From: Octopus vulgaris
Lineage: Eukaryota
Direction: 5' to 3'
NCBI GenBank assembly: GCA_951406725.2
Contig: OX597818.1
Location: forward strand, 145,762,001-145,826,000
Length of the DNA: 64,000 nt
Below the pieces are notes generated by a model that was not told the origin of the DNA, did not search any database, and saw only the letters and a program-made list of their open reading frames with translations. The translations under genes were made by a program, and so were the position numbers. Numbering within the stretch: position 1 is the stretch's first letter; the number at the start of each line of letters is the position of its first letter. Shown piece after piece: positions 52,339 through 64,000 of the stretch.

Positions 52339-53924
52339 CACTGACTTGATATCATTTTATTATAAGAGACTTCAGAAGGAGGTTTCCATCAAAAACAGGT
52401 AAGCACTTTATACATACCTTGTGCAAAAGTAATGACAGAAGAGTGGATAAATTTGTGAGTTAGGGGTTATAAGACTAGTGTAGTTAAAACATTGCTTCAT
52501 TAAGTCATATATACCAACTTAGACATATTTTTTAAGCCAGTGCGTGCGAAAGCATGTGCATCAATGTACCTGCAAAGGGATGTTTTTTTTTTCTTTCATG
52601 AGTATATTTGAATACTAATTCATTACCTTGAGTAGCAATACAATACATCTACAAAAAGTTAGCTCAAATATACAAACAAACTTTCGTTAAATCCTTGATA
52701 AAATCTACAAATATTAACTTCAACACTTCAACAGTATCATACCTGAGATAATTGCTCAACTAAATACTGAATTCACACTCTCCAGAGACAATCACCAGAA
52801 TAAAGATTAAACTGCCAAATATTTAAAATATATCAAGATGTATTAAAGATGACACAACATCAGTCTTGATATGACAAACCTTGAAATTTAATGATGTTCA
52901 CATGAAACATCAGCTTAAACTAAACACTGGGTTATATTTAAAAAATGAGGGGAAGCATGACTGGGGGGTGAAGAAGTTTACTTTATAATTATGTGGTTTG
53001 ATTTCAATCCCTCTACACAGTTACTTCAGCAAGTATGTTTTATAATAGCCCCTAGCTTGACTATTGCCATGTAAGTAGAAATTGGTAAATGAAAAGTATA
53101 TATATACATATATATGTATGTGTTGTGTATGCATATGTATATATGTGTGTCTTTCATTGATTATTAGATAAACAATAAAAACTGATAAACCAGTGCTTTT
53201 TTGTAGTATTTATTCTACCCAAGTTGCACAGACACTTTTTTTGTCATTCTCACCATTATAAATGCAGTCAATTAGTGATTGAATTTCTGAAAAAATAAAT
53301 GAAGATTTCACATAAAAATACAATGTTAAAAAAAAAAGACATTATTTGAATGACTTTAAAAAGAAAAATCAACAAATGTGTAAACATCGCAAATATAAAC
53401 CACTTGTTTTTTTATACAATATTTTTGTGGACAGAAAAGGAAGGATTAGCTGAACTGATTTTAATCCTTACATTGGAATCTCATCTGAGACCATGTACCC
53501 ATCATAATACAGTGATACAGTATAGTACATCAGAGCATACTAACAAAATACTGTTAATCCTTTAATAATTGTTGGCAACAATACATTATTTTACACTAAT
53601 TGGTTTATCTGATTTCCTGAAGCACTTATCATATTGGCTTATTAAGCAAAATCTCCATATACATTAAAAGAGATTACTCAGTCTTGGATGAGATCCCAGT
53701 ATAAGAACCAAAACTAGCATGATGGACCCCTGTTTTTCTGTCCACACAGAAAGTGTATAAAAATAATTTATTTTCTCTGTATAGACACAATATTCACTGA
53801 AAGGCTACAGTCTTATTCATATTATCACAACAAAACATTGCTACTGCACTGGATAAGTAGAAGATAAATTCTTTGGCGGAATCTAGTACCAATAGTTTTA
53901 TAACAATATTCTACCATTATATAT

Positions 53925-54145
53925 ATTTCTTTGCTGCCCACAAGGGGCTAAACATAGAGGGGACAAACGAGGGACTAAGTCGATTACATCGACCCCAGTG
54001 CGAAACTGGTACTTTATTTATCGACCCCGAAAGAATGAAAAACAAAGTCGACCTCGGGGGAATTTGAACTCAGAACGTAACGACAGACGAAATACCTCTA
54101 AGCATTTCGCCCAGCGCACTAATGTTTCTGCCAGCTCGCCGCCTT
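53925..54145 (-). mobile_element. Young Nin/Deu-type SINE
   Basis: CpG-rich, near-consensus copy, flanked by accattata. Confidence 0.85.
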
Positions 54146-55025
54146 TTCACCATTATAGCTGACAAGTATGTGAGGCATAATCACAAGTGAGATGAAACAT
54201 TGACATAACCAATACAAATTTTGAAAGAAGTCCAGAGGAAGTAATCATTCATCATTGTTGATGCTTGTTATCTCCCTTATTTTATAGTACAGTTATAAGT
54301 AACCATTCAAATAAAAATTAGCAAAAACGTTAATATAAAACCTAATATAAAATTTGGAATAAGAAATACAGTTATAATTGCGTACTTTTGTCTGAGTGGA
54401 TATTCATCCATGTGTGTAAGTATTCTGGAACAAATGTACATTTGCATGTGTACACATGAGGAGTTTGAAAGATAGATATATAATCTGTAACTCATTCTCC
54501 CAATTGGGCTGAGTCCAGGGTGGGTACCCTGAAAGACATAGTCATTGGGCATCAATGTCATCTCTACAGTTGGCCGAACACATTGAAATTTTCTATAATT
54601 AGTGTTCTGTATATTTAACGTGAAGAAATGCATGGCAGCTGATTGCCAGGTTCAGCTGTTATAGTTAAATACAGTTATTTATTGCAATAGTAGCACATTT
54701 CCAGCAAAATTTCCTTTTAATTTCATTCCTTCATAAAATAAACACTTAATGTGACATAGTTTGAATGCTCTGGTCAGTCAGTTTCTGGCTTGATATAGGA
54801 ATCACCACTTGTTCATCCAAATCTCTGCAGGTAGATCAGAGTAAATATTCTCTTGCACTGCATGCAACCAATTATCTTGGTCTTTAGTATTTCCTGTGTA
54901 GGACACAGGAAATCAATCTGCACCATTTCATCACGTTTCTATGATCCCTCCTCTCATATAGGTTCCATCAACTTTGAGCACTCTGCACTTCTGTATACAA
55001 CCATCATCTTCCATAAATATATATA

Positions 55026-55631
55026 CTAGCAGTATTGCCCGGCTCAACAGGGATTTCAAGGGAGAGTTTCAGGGAGTCGCTGGTGATGTATCGTGATGAT
55101 CAAAAATCCAGCCTGCTAAAATTTGGCTAAAGTGATTCAAACTGCAGACTCAACGCAAAATGGTCACATTTAATTCAAAGTGTTAAAAATGTTATGAAAG
55201 CAATTGGTATATGTTCACAAAATCCAAATGATTAATACGAAAAAACCCTCCTGGCTACATCCCGAAAATTCATTTCTTTGCCGAATTTCTACAATGTTTA
55301 CGGCGATTCATTTTTATATCTTGATTTTTTTATTTTTCATGCAATTTATGCATGCTTGCACGCATGGTAAACACAGTTCACGTCAAACAGCTGACTGAGT
55401 AAAGTTCACTATTCAATGCATGGGATAAGGCCTAAACAAACACATTATCGATTTTTGCACTTGCGAGATGAATTTTGGAACAGAAATAGCACAGTTCAAT
55501 TTTCATTTGCCTAAACTTTAAGTGACCCATTTTTGGTGGTTCTATGATTTGTTGGCTAGGAGGAGATGTGCCAGGAAGTTAAACACACAGATACACACAC
55601 AGACACACAAGTTGAGTTTTATATATATAGA
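55026..55631 (-). mobile_element. Non-autonomous Helitron-like element
   Basis: On the minus strand: 5' A|TCTATATATATAAAA, 3' CTAG|T, with a subterminal ccc...cggg hairpin and no TSD. Confidence 0.75.
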
Positions 55632-56170
55632 TATCACATGCCCATACCAGCATAGTCTTGAATACCCCATCTGATTCCTCTTACACCCAATTTTCCTCTT
55701 GTCATCTCTACTCCATTCCTGAACACTAACATCATACTCTTCATAAATCCTCTTCACAAGTCCTCTTCATTCAGGGTCCATGTCTCAATACTATAAGATT
55801 CATTATGTAATCAGTACTATGAAGCATTACTCTTTCAGTGCTTCCACAACATTGAGAGAGAAGCTCTTTATAGTCAGTAGAAGTTATAAATCCCTGAACT
55901 TCTTACTCTGGCAACTATGATTTCAGTTCATCCACCTCCACTGCTATTTAGGTCACCTAAGTAACAGAAACTATAAACTTCTTTTAAGGAACCTTCTGAG
56001 TATTTGAAAGAATCTGTTCCCTGTATATTCTTAGTGTTTACTACCTTTATGCACCTGCTGCATACAAATTCTACATTCTCTTTTAGTTTGCCTGTGATTT
56101 CACTATACCTCTAGTGCATCCATAATTTTACAGCGGATGCACCATATAGAATTTATACAAACACATTTTC
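55632..56170 (-). mobile_element. Degraded RTE fragment
   Basis: SFCYLGDLNSSGGG...IVARVR ... RLCWYGHVI. The Helitron interrupts it. Confidence 0.75.
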
Positions 56171-56679
56171 TACATAACAAGCACACCTGGAATTTTAATG
56201 ACTCCACAAACAAGACAATTTGGTAAAAATAAAATATTATAACTAGAGAACATAAATAAAATTCAACAAGTTAACGGTTACGAGTTCAAATTTTGGCTCT
56301 AGATATCCTATTAATATTTTAAATTAAGGAACCAGAATTGTTCTGACTTATAAGCAAATCCCAACTCTTAGTGTTACCTCTGTTTTGGGCCAGCAATAAT
56401 TCTGATTTTAACAATAACTATTTCTTCACTGCCAGAAAACTTCTAAAATTGTTGATAATGTTCTCCTAATGACTTGTAATTCAATTTGGCACATGTTCAT
56501 ATAACAGAAGAGGGGCGAAACTATGCTAGGCTTTCCACAGACAGTAAAGTGAAGATCACTTAATATAATTTATAATTCTGAGATCAAATTCAGACAGGAC
56601 AAAATCGTGCCCAAAATACAATAATGATAAAAAATAGCAATAAAAATATTAATGAAAATAATATCAATAATAATAAGAA

Positions 56680-56880
56680 TGTTGGCACAAGGCCAGCAAG
56701 TTTTGGTGGGGAGTGGATTACATCAACCCCAGTGTTCAAGTGGTACTTATTTTAATGACCCCAAAAAGATAAAAGACAAAGTTAATCTCAACAGAATTTG
56801 AACTGAGAACATAAGGGCAACATGAAATGCTTGCACAGCACTTTGCCTGGCATGCTGGCAATTCTGCCTGCTCACTGCCT
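56680..56880 (-). mobile_element. Nin/Deu-type SINE, degraded
   Basis: Family motifs present. Confidence 0.75.
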
Positions 56881-57751
56881 TAACCATTTTGTCACTATAT
56901 TTCTGTTGAGATGCTCTGTCATCATCATCATTATCATCATCGTTTAACGTCCGCTTTCCATGCTAGCATGAGTTGGATGATTTCACTGAGGACTGGCAAA
57001 CCAGATGGTTGCACCAGGCTCCAACCTTGATCTGGCAGAGTTTCTACAGCTGGATGCCCTTCCTAATGCCAACCACTCCGAGAGTGTAGTGGGTGCTTTT
57101 TATGTACCACCAGCACGAGGGCCAGTCAGGTGGTACTGGCAACGGCCATGCTCAAATGGTGTTTTTTACGTGCCACCTGCACAGGAGCCAGTCCAGCAGC
57201 ACTGGCAACGACCTCGCTCAAATGTTTTTTCTCGTGCCACCAGCACAAGTGCCAGTAAGGCGACACTGGTAACGATCACACTCAAATGGTGCTTTTTACA
57301 TGTCACCAGCACAGAAGCCAGTTAGCTGCTCTGGCAACGAATATGCTCGGATGGTGCTCTTAGCGCTCCACTAGCACAGATGCCAGTCATCAAATTTGAT
57401 TTCGATTTTGATTTCACTTGCCTCAACAGGTCTTCGCAAGCAGAGTTTAGTGTCCAATGAAGGAAAGGTATGCATAAGTGGGCTGGTTACACACCTGGCA
57501 TAGGCCACGAGGTTATGGTCTCACTTGGCTTGCTGTTTCTGGTACTGTGTTTCTTGGTTCTGTTTCTTTCAATTGATTTTAAATATAACAAAGAATTTTG
57601 TAAAATAACTTAGTTATCATTAAGCTAGTGTTAAGAACATAAATTGTGACTAAGGTTTGGTGGAAGATTTTAATTCAGAACTTTTGAAAACAAGACATTT
57701 GTACTACAGAGCCAGAAGCAGTTTCAGGCAGATTGGTATCAAAAAGGCTAA
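56880..57751. mobile_element. piggyBac-like MITE interrupted by a retroposon
   Basis: The ends ttaaccattttgtcac and ggtatcaaaaaggctaa resemble decayed TTAA-CCCT TIRs. Confidence 0.5.
56920..57540 (-). mobile_element. (GAT)n-tailed non-autonomous retroposon with internal ~60-bp subrepeats
   Basis: Reverse-complement relative of 60600-61392. Confidence 0.8.
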
Positions 57752-57899
57752 TAATAATGATAATTCCTTTTACTATAGGCACAAGGACTGGAATTTTGAT
57801 GGGAGGGGCTAGTTAATTACATTGACTCCAGTGTTTGACTAGTACTTATTCCATCAACCTGAAGGGGATGAGAAACAATGTTGTCAGAGTGATAGAAGA

Positions 57900-57944
<45 letters not shown>

Positions 57945-57959
57945 GCAACAACAACAACT

Positions 57960-60900
57960 ACAACAACATTGGCAACTGCATTACACAAAAAATCATACAA
58001 CTAAAACCTGATCTTAATAAGTTAAATGAAATTATTTACTCCGTTGCTAAGGTAATCGAAAGATGCTGTTTAACACCCAAAAAACCAACAATACTAAATT
58101 CGAAAAGAAAATCAAACTGGAGGAGTAGAATTGAAACTGAAATTGAATCATTGCGAAGGGAGATATCAATATTTACTGAGCTAATCTCTGGAAATGGTGT
58201 AAGATCAAGAAAAGGCAGGAAGATTGTGAGAAAATATGGACATTCAACAAGAGAAGAACTAATCTCAGCGAAAGAAACACTTAAACAAAAAGTTCAAGCA
58301 AAAGCTCAGAGAATACGCAGATTTGAGAAAAGAATCAAATTCTACAAACAAAATATGTTCAAATCCAATGCCAAATCATTTTACAGGGAAATAGGGAAAG
58401 AAAAAATAACCATTGAAAATCCACCCCTAATGGAAGAAGTTGAAACTTTTGGAAGGGGATCTGGAGTGATGAGAAACCATACAATGAAAATGCAGAGTGG
58501 ATCAAACGCACCCAAGATGACTACAAAAATCTACAAGAACAGGTATGGGAAGACATCCCAATCGCCGACCTAAGGAGAGCACTAACAAAGGCTCATAAGT
58601 GGAACTCCCCTGGTATTGATAGAGTACCAAATTTCTGGCTCTCATCACTCTCGTCTGCACACAAAATGTTAGTAATACTATTTAATAGTATTATGAAAGA
58701 CCCGAAAAAAACACCCCTTGGATGGCAAATGGTATTACTTACCTCCTTCCCAAAAATAACAAAATGAAAGACCCAAAAAGCTATCGGCCTATAACATGTT
58801 TATCTACTACCTATAAAATTTTGACATCTATTCAAGTAGAGAAAAAAATATACATTTATGGAAGAGAATAACCTATTTCCCACAGAACAAAAAGGATGCA
58901 GACGAGGCTCATACGGATGCAAAGATCAGCTCCTAATTAATCGCATGATCCTTGAGGACTGCCATAATAAGCGCAGAAATCTCAGCTCTTCATGGATTGA
59001 TTATAAAAAAGCCTTTGACAGCATACCACATTCGTGGATTCTGAAACTGCTGGACATTTTCAAAATTTCTCCTGTGATATCAGATTTTTTAAAGTATATG
59101 TCACTATAGAACACGAAGCTCCAATTATATCATTCTAATGGAGTATTGTGCTCAAACAATATTAGCATAAACTTTGGCATTTTCCAAGGTGACTCACTTT
59201 CAGCACTAATATTCTGCATAGCACTAATACCACTCTCAAGTGAACTGAATAGAAGAGGTTATGGCTACAAAATTGACAAGAAAATAAGCTATCTATTTTA
59301 TATGGATGATTTAAAACTATATGGCAAAGATGATGAAGAGCTTGAAGGACTACTACATACTGTGAAAGTATTCAGTGATGATATCGGGATGGAGTTTGGC
59401 CTTGAAAAGTGTGCCGAAGCCTCTTTTAAGAAAAGGAAATTGCTAAAGTCAAGTTCAATTTAATTACATGTCGAAACAGTAATATAGGAACTTGAGCAGG
59501 AACAAACCTATAAATACCTAGGAATAAACGAAGGCTCTGGTATCCAGCATGCAAGCATGAAAGAGAAGGTAAGTAAGGAATGTTATAGAAGAGTTTGAGC
59601 AGTCTTGAAGTTTGAGCTGAATGCATATAATAAGGTGTTAGCCATAAATTCCTTAGCAGTCCCAGTTGTTCTTTATTGCTTCAATGTGCTTAACTGGAAT
59701 ACTAGTGAAATAATGAAAATTGATAGAAAAATCCGCAAGCTACTGACTTGTAATAAGATGCACCATCCAAAGGCAGACATGGATCATCTTTACCTTCCCA
59801 GAGCTCAGGGAGGTTGAGGTTTGATCCAGCTTGAACTTACATACAAAACCACCACAATCGGACTGGCCAAATACCTTGAAACAACCAATGATTGGATGCT
59901 AAAACTTGTTGAAAAATATGAAAGACTGAAAAAAACTTCACTCTATTCTGAAAGAGAGCAAAGAATTCGCTACTGATTTCTTAGATACCTACCAGATTGA
60001 TCAGGTTGAAGGAAATGTGCCAACTGCTGCTGCAAAGAAAATAAAATTAATTGCAAAGACAAAAGCACATGAAAATTTAGCTAGCAGATGGGAACAGAAA
60101 CCTCTCCATGGCAAGTATGTGGCCCGTAGCAAACAAGCTGATGTCGACCAGAAACACATGCATCAATGGTTACATAGCTCAGGGATAAAAGCAGAGAGTG
60201 ATGATTTCATATTAGCTGCTCAAGACCAAAGCTTATTTACCCGGAACTACCAAGCCAACTTGATAAAAAATGGAGTTGACCCAAAATGCTGATTCTGTAA
60301 TGATGAGATTGAAACTATAGATAACCTAATCTCAGGGTGTAGTGTCTTAGCACCTGTAGAATATAAAGCAAGACATGACAGAGTCGGTCAGTATTTACAC
60401 TGGACAATATGTTGGCATTATCAAAATCAAAACTGTTGACAAATGGTATAAACACCATCCTGAAGCTGTGACTGAGGGAGGAAATGTGTTGATTCTCTGG
60501 GACTTCCCTGTACATACCGACAAAACTATAAAAGCTAATAAACTGGATATTATTATAAAAGATCAGACAAAAAAGGTGTGTTTATTAATTGACACGAGTA
60601 ATCAAAACAAATCAAAATAGATGAACATCAATGGAATTTGTATCTTTGTGGTACCAGTGCCGGTGGCACACAAGAAAACCATCCGAACGTGGCCGTAGCC
60701 AGTACCGCATCGACTGGCCCCCGTGCTGTGGGCACGTAACAAACACCATCCGATCGTGGCCGTTCGCCAGCCTCATCTGGCACCTGTGTCGGTGGCACAT
60801 AAAAACACCATCCGAAGACCCGGCAAGACTAGTCAGGCCATAACCCGTGGCCCCTACCTGGGACGTAGTCAGTCCACCTGTGCATACCTTCCTTCTTGTG

Positions 60901-61810
60901 ACACTTGTGAAGACCTGTTGAGGCAAGTGAAAATCAAAATCAAAATCAAATCAAATCAAAACAAATCAAAATAGATGAACATCAATGGAATTTGTATCCT
61001 TGTGGTAACAGTGCCGGTGGCACACAGGAAAACCATCCGAACGTGGCCGTAGCCAGTACCGCATCAACTGGCCTCCGTGCTGTGGGCACGTAACAAACAC
61101 CATCCGATCGTGGCCGTTCGCCAGCCTCATCTGGCACCTGTGTCGGTGGCACATAAAAACACCATCCGAGCGTGGCCGTCTGCCAGCTTCGTCTGGCACC
61201 TGTGTCGGTGGCACATAAAATCTCCCACTACACTCTCGGAGTGGTTGGCGTTAGGAAGGGCATCCAGCTGTAGAAACACTGCCAGATCTGACTGGCCTGG
61301 TGCAGCCTTCGGGCTCCCCAGACCCCAGTTGAACCGTCCAACCCATGCTAGCATGGAAAGCGGACGTTAAATGATGATGATGATGATGATGATTCCTTGC
61401 AATCACAATATAGCGGTGAAAGAATTTGACAAGATCAGTAAACATAAAGACTTGCTAATAGAAATTGAAAAAAGGTGGCATCTCAAGGCGACTACAGTAC
61501 CAGTGATTGTAGGATCTCTAGGAATGATTAAAAAAGGTATGAAACCTATTTGAAAATGATATCAGGCTTACCATCCCTTCAGGATGTGCAAAAAATCGTA
61601 TTAACTGGAACGACTCATGTACTGAGAAGAGCATTATTGCTGTGAAAACATCCATTCATGAATTTAGTTACTTCTTGATTCTTTTTAATACATATTTTAC
61701 ATGTGAATTTGCATGTATAATCTGGGAATGCATACAACGAGCTTCTCTGCCCTAGGTGCATGGAAAACACCTGGCGAGAAATGGAAGAAAATTTGAAGAA
61801 AGAAGAAAAA
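57960..61810 (+). mobile_element. Long degraded R4/Dong LINE (RT, zinc knuckle, RLE), interrupted at ~60600
   Basis: EQKGCRRGSYGCKDQLLI; WIDYKKAFDSIPH; GIFQGDSLS; YMDDLKLY; MHHPKAD; AAQDQSL; ILWDFPVHTD; VPVIVGSLG. (TAA)n flanks both sides. Confidence 0.95.
60600..61392 (+). mobile_element. Young (GAT)n-tailed retroposon with an internal ~354-bp-period duplication
   Basis: 60601-60814 is near-identical to 60955-61168. It is GC/CpG-rich and splits the host reading IDTS|IPC. Confidence 0.88.
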
Positions 61811-61992
<182 letters not shown>

Positions 61993-62168
61993 GATTTCAA
62001 ATTTTGCCACAAGGTCAGCCACTTTGGGGGAGAGGACAAGTCGATTACACTGACTCCCAGTGTTTCTCTGGTACATCAGTGGAATTTGAACTCAGAACAT
62101 ATTGACAGGCAAAATACCACTAAGCATTTCATCCAGCATGCTAACAATTCTGTCAGCTTGCTGCCTTA
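61993..62168 (-). mobile_element. Nin/Deu-type SINE, internally deleted
   Basis: Tail and head are present; the core is missing. Confidence 0.7.
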
Positions 62169-62515
62169 ATAATAATAATCATAATAATAATAATGATAAT
62201 AATACTGATACTGATAAATGCCCAGATGCAGTACCAGGCAGTGGCTCTCATGGCTCCTGATCATGTACATTATTTTGTCTTGGTACAAAAAATGGGCTAC
62301 AGCAAATATTCTGCTCAATACCACAGACTTGCTTGTCAGTTGTTTGACCTTAACCAGGGAAGTATAAATTTGTTTGTTAGTTCATATGTATATGATTTTG
62401 TTGTGAACCTTTTGTATCTTGCATTCTCATTGTTTTGCAGTTGGCTTCAGTTGAAATTCTAGTTTTTATAAGGGTTAGAATTGTTTACGAAGTATATAGT
62501 GGCTTTGTTGCATAT

Positions 62516-62575
<60 letters not shown>

Positions 62576-62596
62576 TACAAAGATAAACATTATACG

Positions 62597-62630
<34 letters not shown>

Positions 62631-62675
62631 TACAAAAATATACATTATACGTATATATATACATACACATATATA

Positions 62676-62738
<63 letters not shown>

Positions 62739-62954
62739 TTTTGAGATATAGATTGGTGTGCCAAAGAATATTTTGCCGACATTTTTGGAAAAGAAAGAAC
62801 AATTAACAGAAAAATGAGTGTGCATATAGACTTTTTCAGTTATTACTCTTCCCAACTCTAATATATCATGTGTGTGTGCGTATGTGTGTGTGTTTGTATA
62901 CGTATGTATGTATGTGTGCATGTGTGTGTGTGTATACATAAATATATATATATA

Positions 62955-63269
62955 TAAAAAAAATGCAAAATGGGACAAGAACGCAAAGCATCTGGACAGT
63001 TAGGTGATACAAGAATGAGACAAAATATCCAGATAGACGATACAAAGAAATGAAGGACAAGTCATTCGATGTTTTTGAGTACCAGATTATTTTCACAATT
63101 TTGGCTGATTATACTCGAGATTGCTCCAATCTGGCCAGCCCCAAGGAAAAACTAAGCTAAGAGCATTAGATTCCTTGGAAGAAAGCAGCGAATGTATACA
63201 AAAACAAGGACAGAAAAAACGGAGAATGTTACACAAATACAATAAAAATAATACCAAGACATAACAACT

Positions 63270-63270
<1 letters not shown>
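62955..63270 (+). mobile_element. One-armed relative of the 50991 element
   Basis: tgggacaagaacgcaaa...gagattgctccaatctggccagcccc...ttagattccttggaagaaagc is shared with it. Confidence 0.8.
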
Positions 63271-63314
<44 letters not shown>

Positions 63315-63318
<4 letters not shown>

Positions 63319-63324
63319 ACAGAC

Positions 63325-63381
<57 letters not shown>

Positions 63382-63527
63382 CATACATACATACATACAT
63401 ACATACATACATACATACATACATACATAGGTAGGTAGATAGATAGATAGATAGATAGATAGATACATACATACATACATACATACATACATACATACAT
63501 ACATACATACATACATAGATAGGTAGG

Positions 63528-63561
<34 letters not shown>

Positions 63562-63623
63562 CATACATACATACATACATACATACATACATACATACAT
63601 ACATACATACATACGTAGGTAGG

Positions 63624-63697
<74 letters not shown>
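63315..63697. repeat. Compound (AGAT)n(ACAT)n(AGGT)n microsatellite
   Basis: Seen directly. Confidence 0.95.
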
Positions 63698-63698
<1 letters not shown>

Positions 63699-64000
63699 AC
63701 TCTAATGGGTTCATATTAGTAGCTCCAGTTCTCAGAAGCTATGGGATTTGCTTTGTATGTAAACAGATTGACTGCTTATTTTTGTAGGATTACTAATATG
63801 ATGTAGACATCTCTGATGAGATCCCAGTATGGATTAAAAGTTGATTAAGGCTATTCATCATTTCTTTTTTATGTATGGAGAATTAATTAAGGTTTGTATG
63901 TTTGTGTGTGTCTATTATGTAGATCAATATATGCAATATATGTATATATTTGTATATGTTTGTATATATATATATATATATCTTGGCTCTTTTTATATTT

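Overview
AT-rich, repeat-saturated animal genomic DNA. The SINE, LINE and microsatellite content resembles octopus (my inference; the species is not established). It is not prokaryotic and has no CRISPR array. Most long entries in the ORF track are microsatellite artefacts. The window holds many tRNA-derived SINEs (Nin/Deu-type, CORE-type, one V-type), R4/Dong LINEs stacked in (TAA)n tracts, a CR1-clade LINE with a 598-aa open RT frame, and RTE, Tx1 and Penelope fragments. It also holds a non-autonomous Helitron, MITE/foldback elements and a 43-bp x ~48 minisatellite. Points of most interest: (1) a candidate 3-exon gene missed by the ORF track, join(25239..25303,45240..45354,52180..52338), encoding a 112-aa single-pass protein built like a palmitoylated transmembrane adaptor; (2) a perfect 453-bp palindrome carrying a well-formed hammerhead ribozyme on each strand; (3) an R4/Dong insertion with a twin-priming-type inversion primed at its own Tyr codons; (4) a minisatellite apparently amplified from a LINE 3' UTR, next to a segment copied from 8 kb away. 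All calls come from reading the sequence by eye, and element boundaries are approximate unless stated otherwise.
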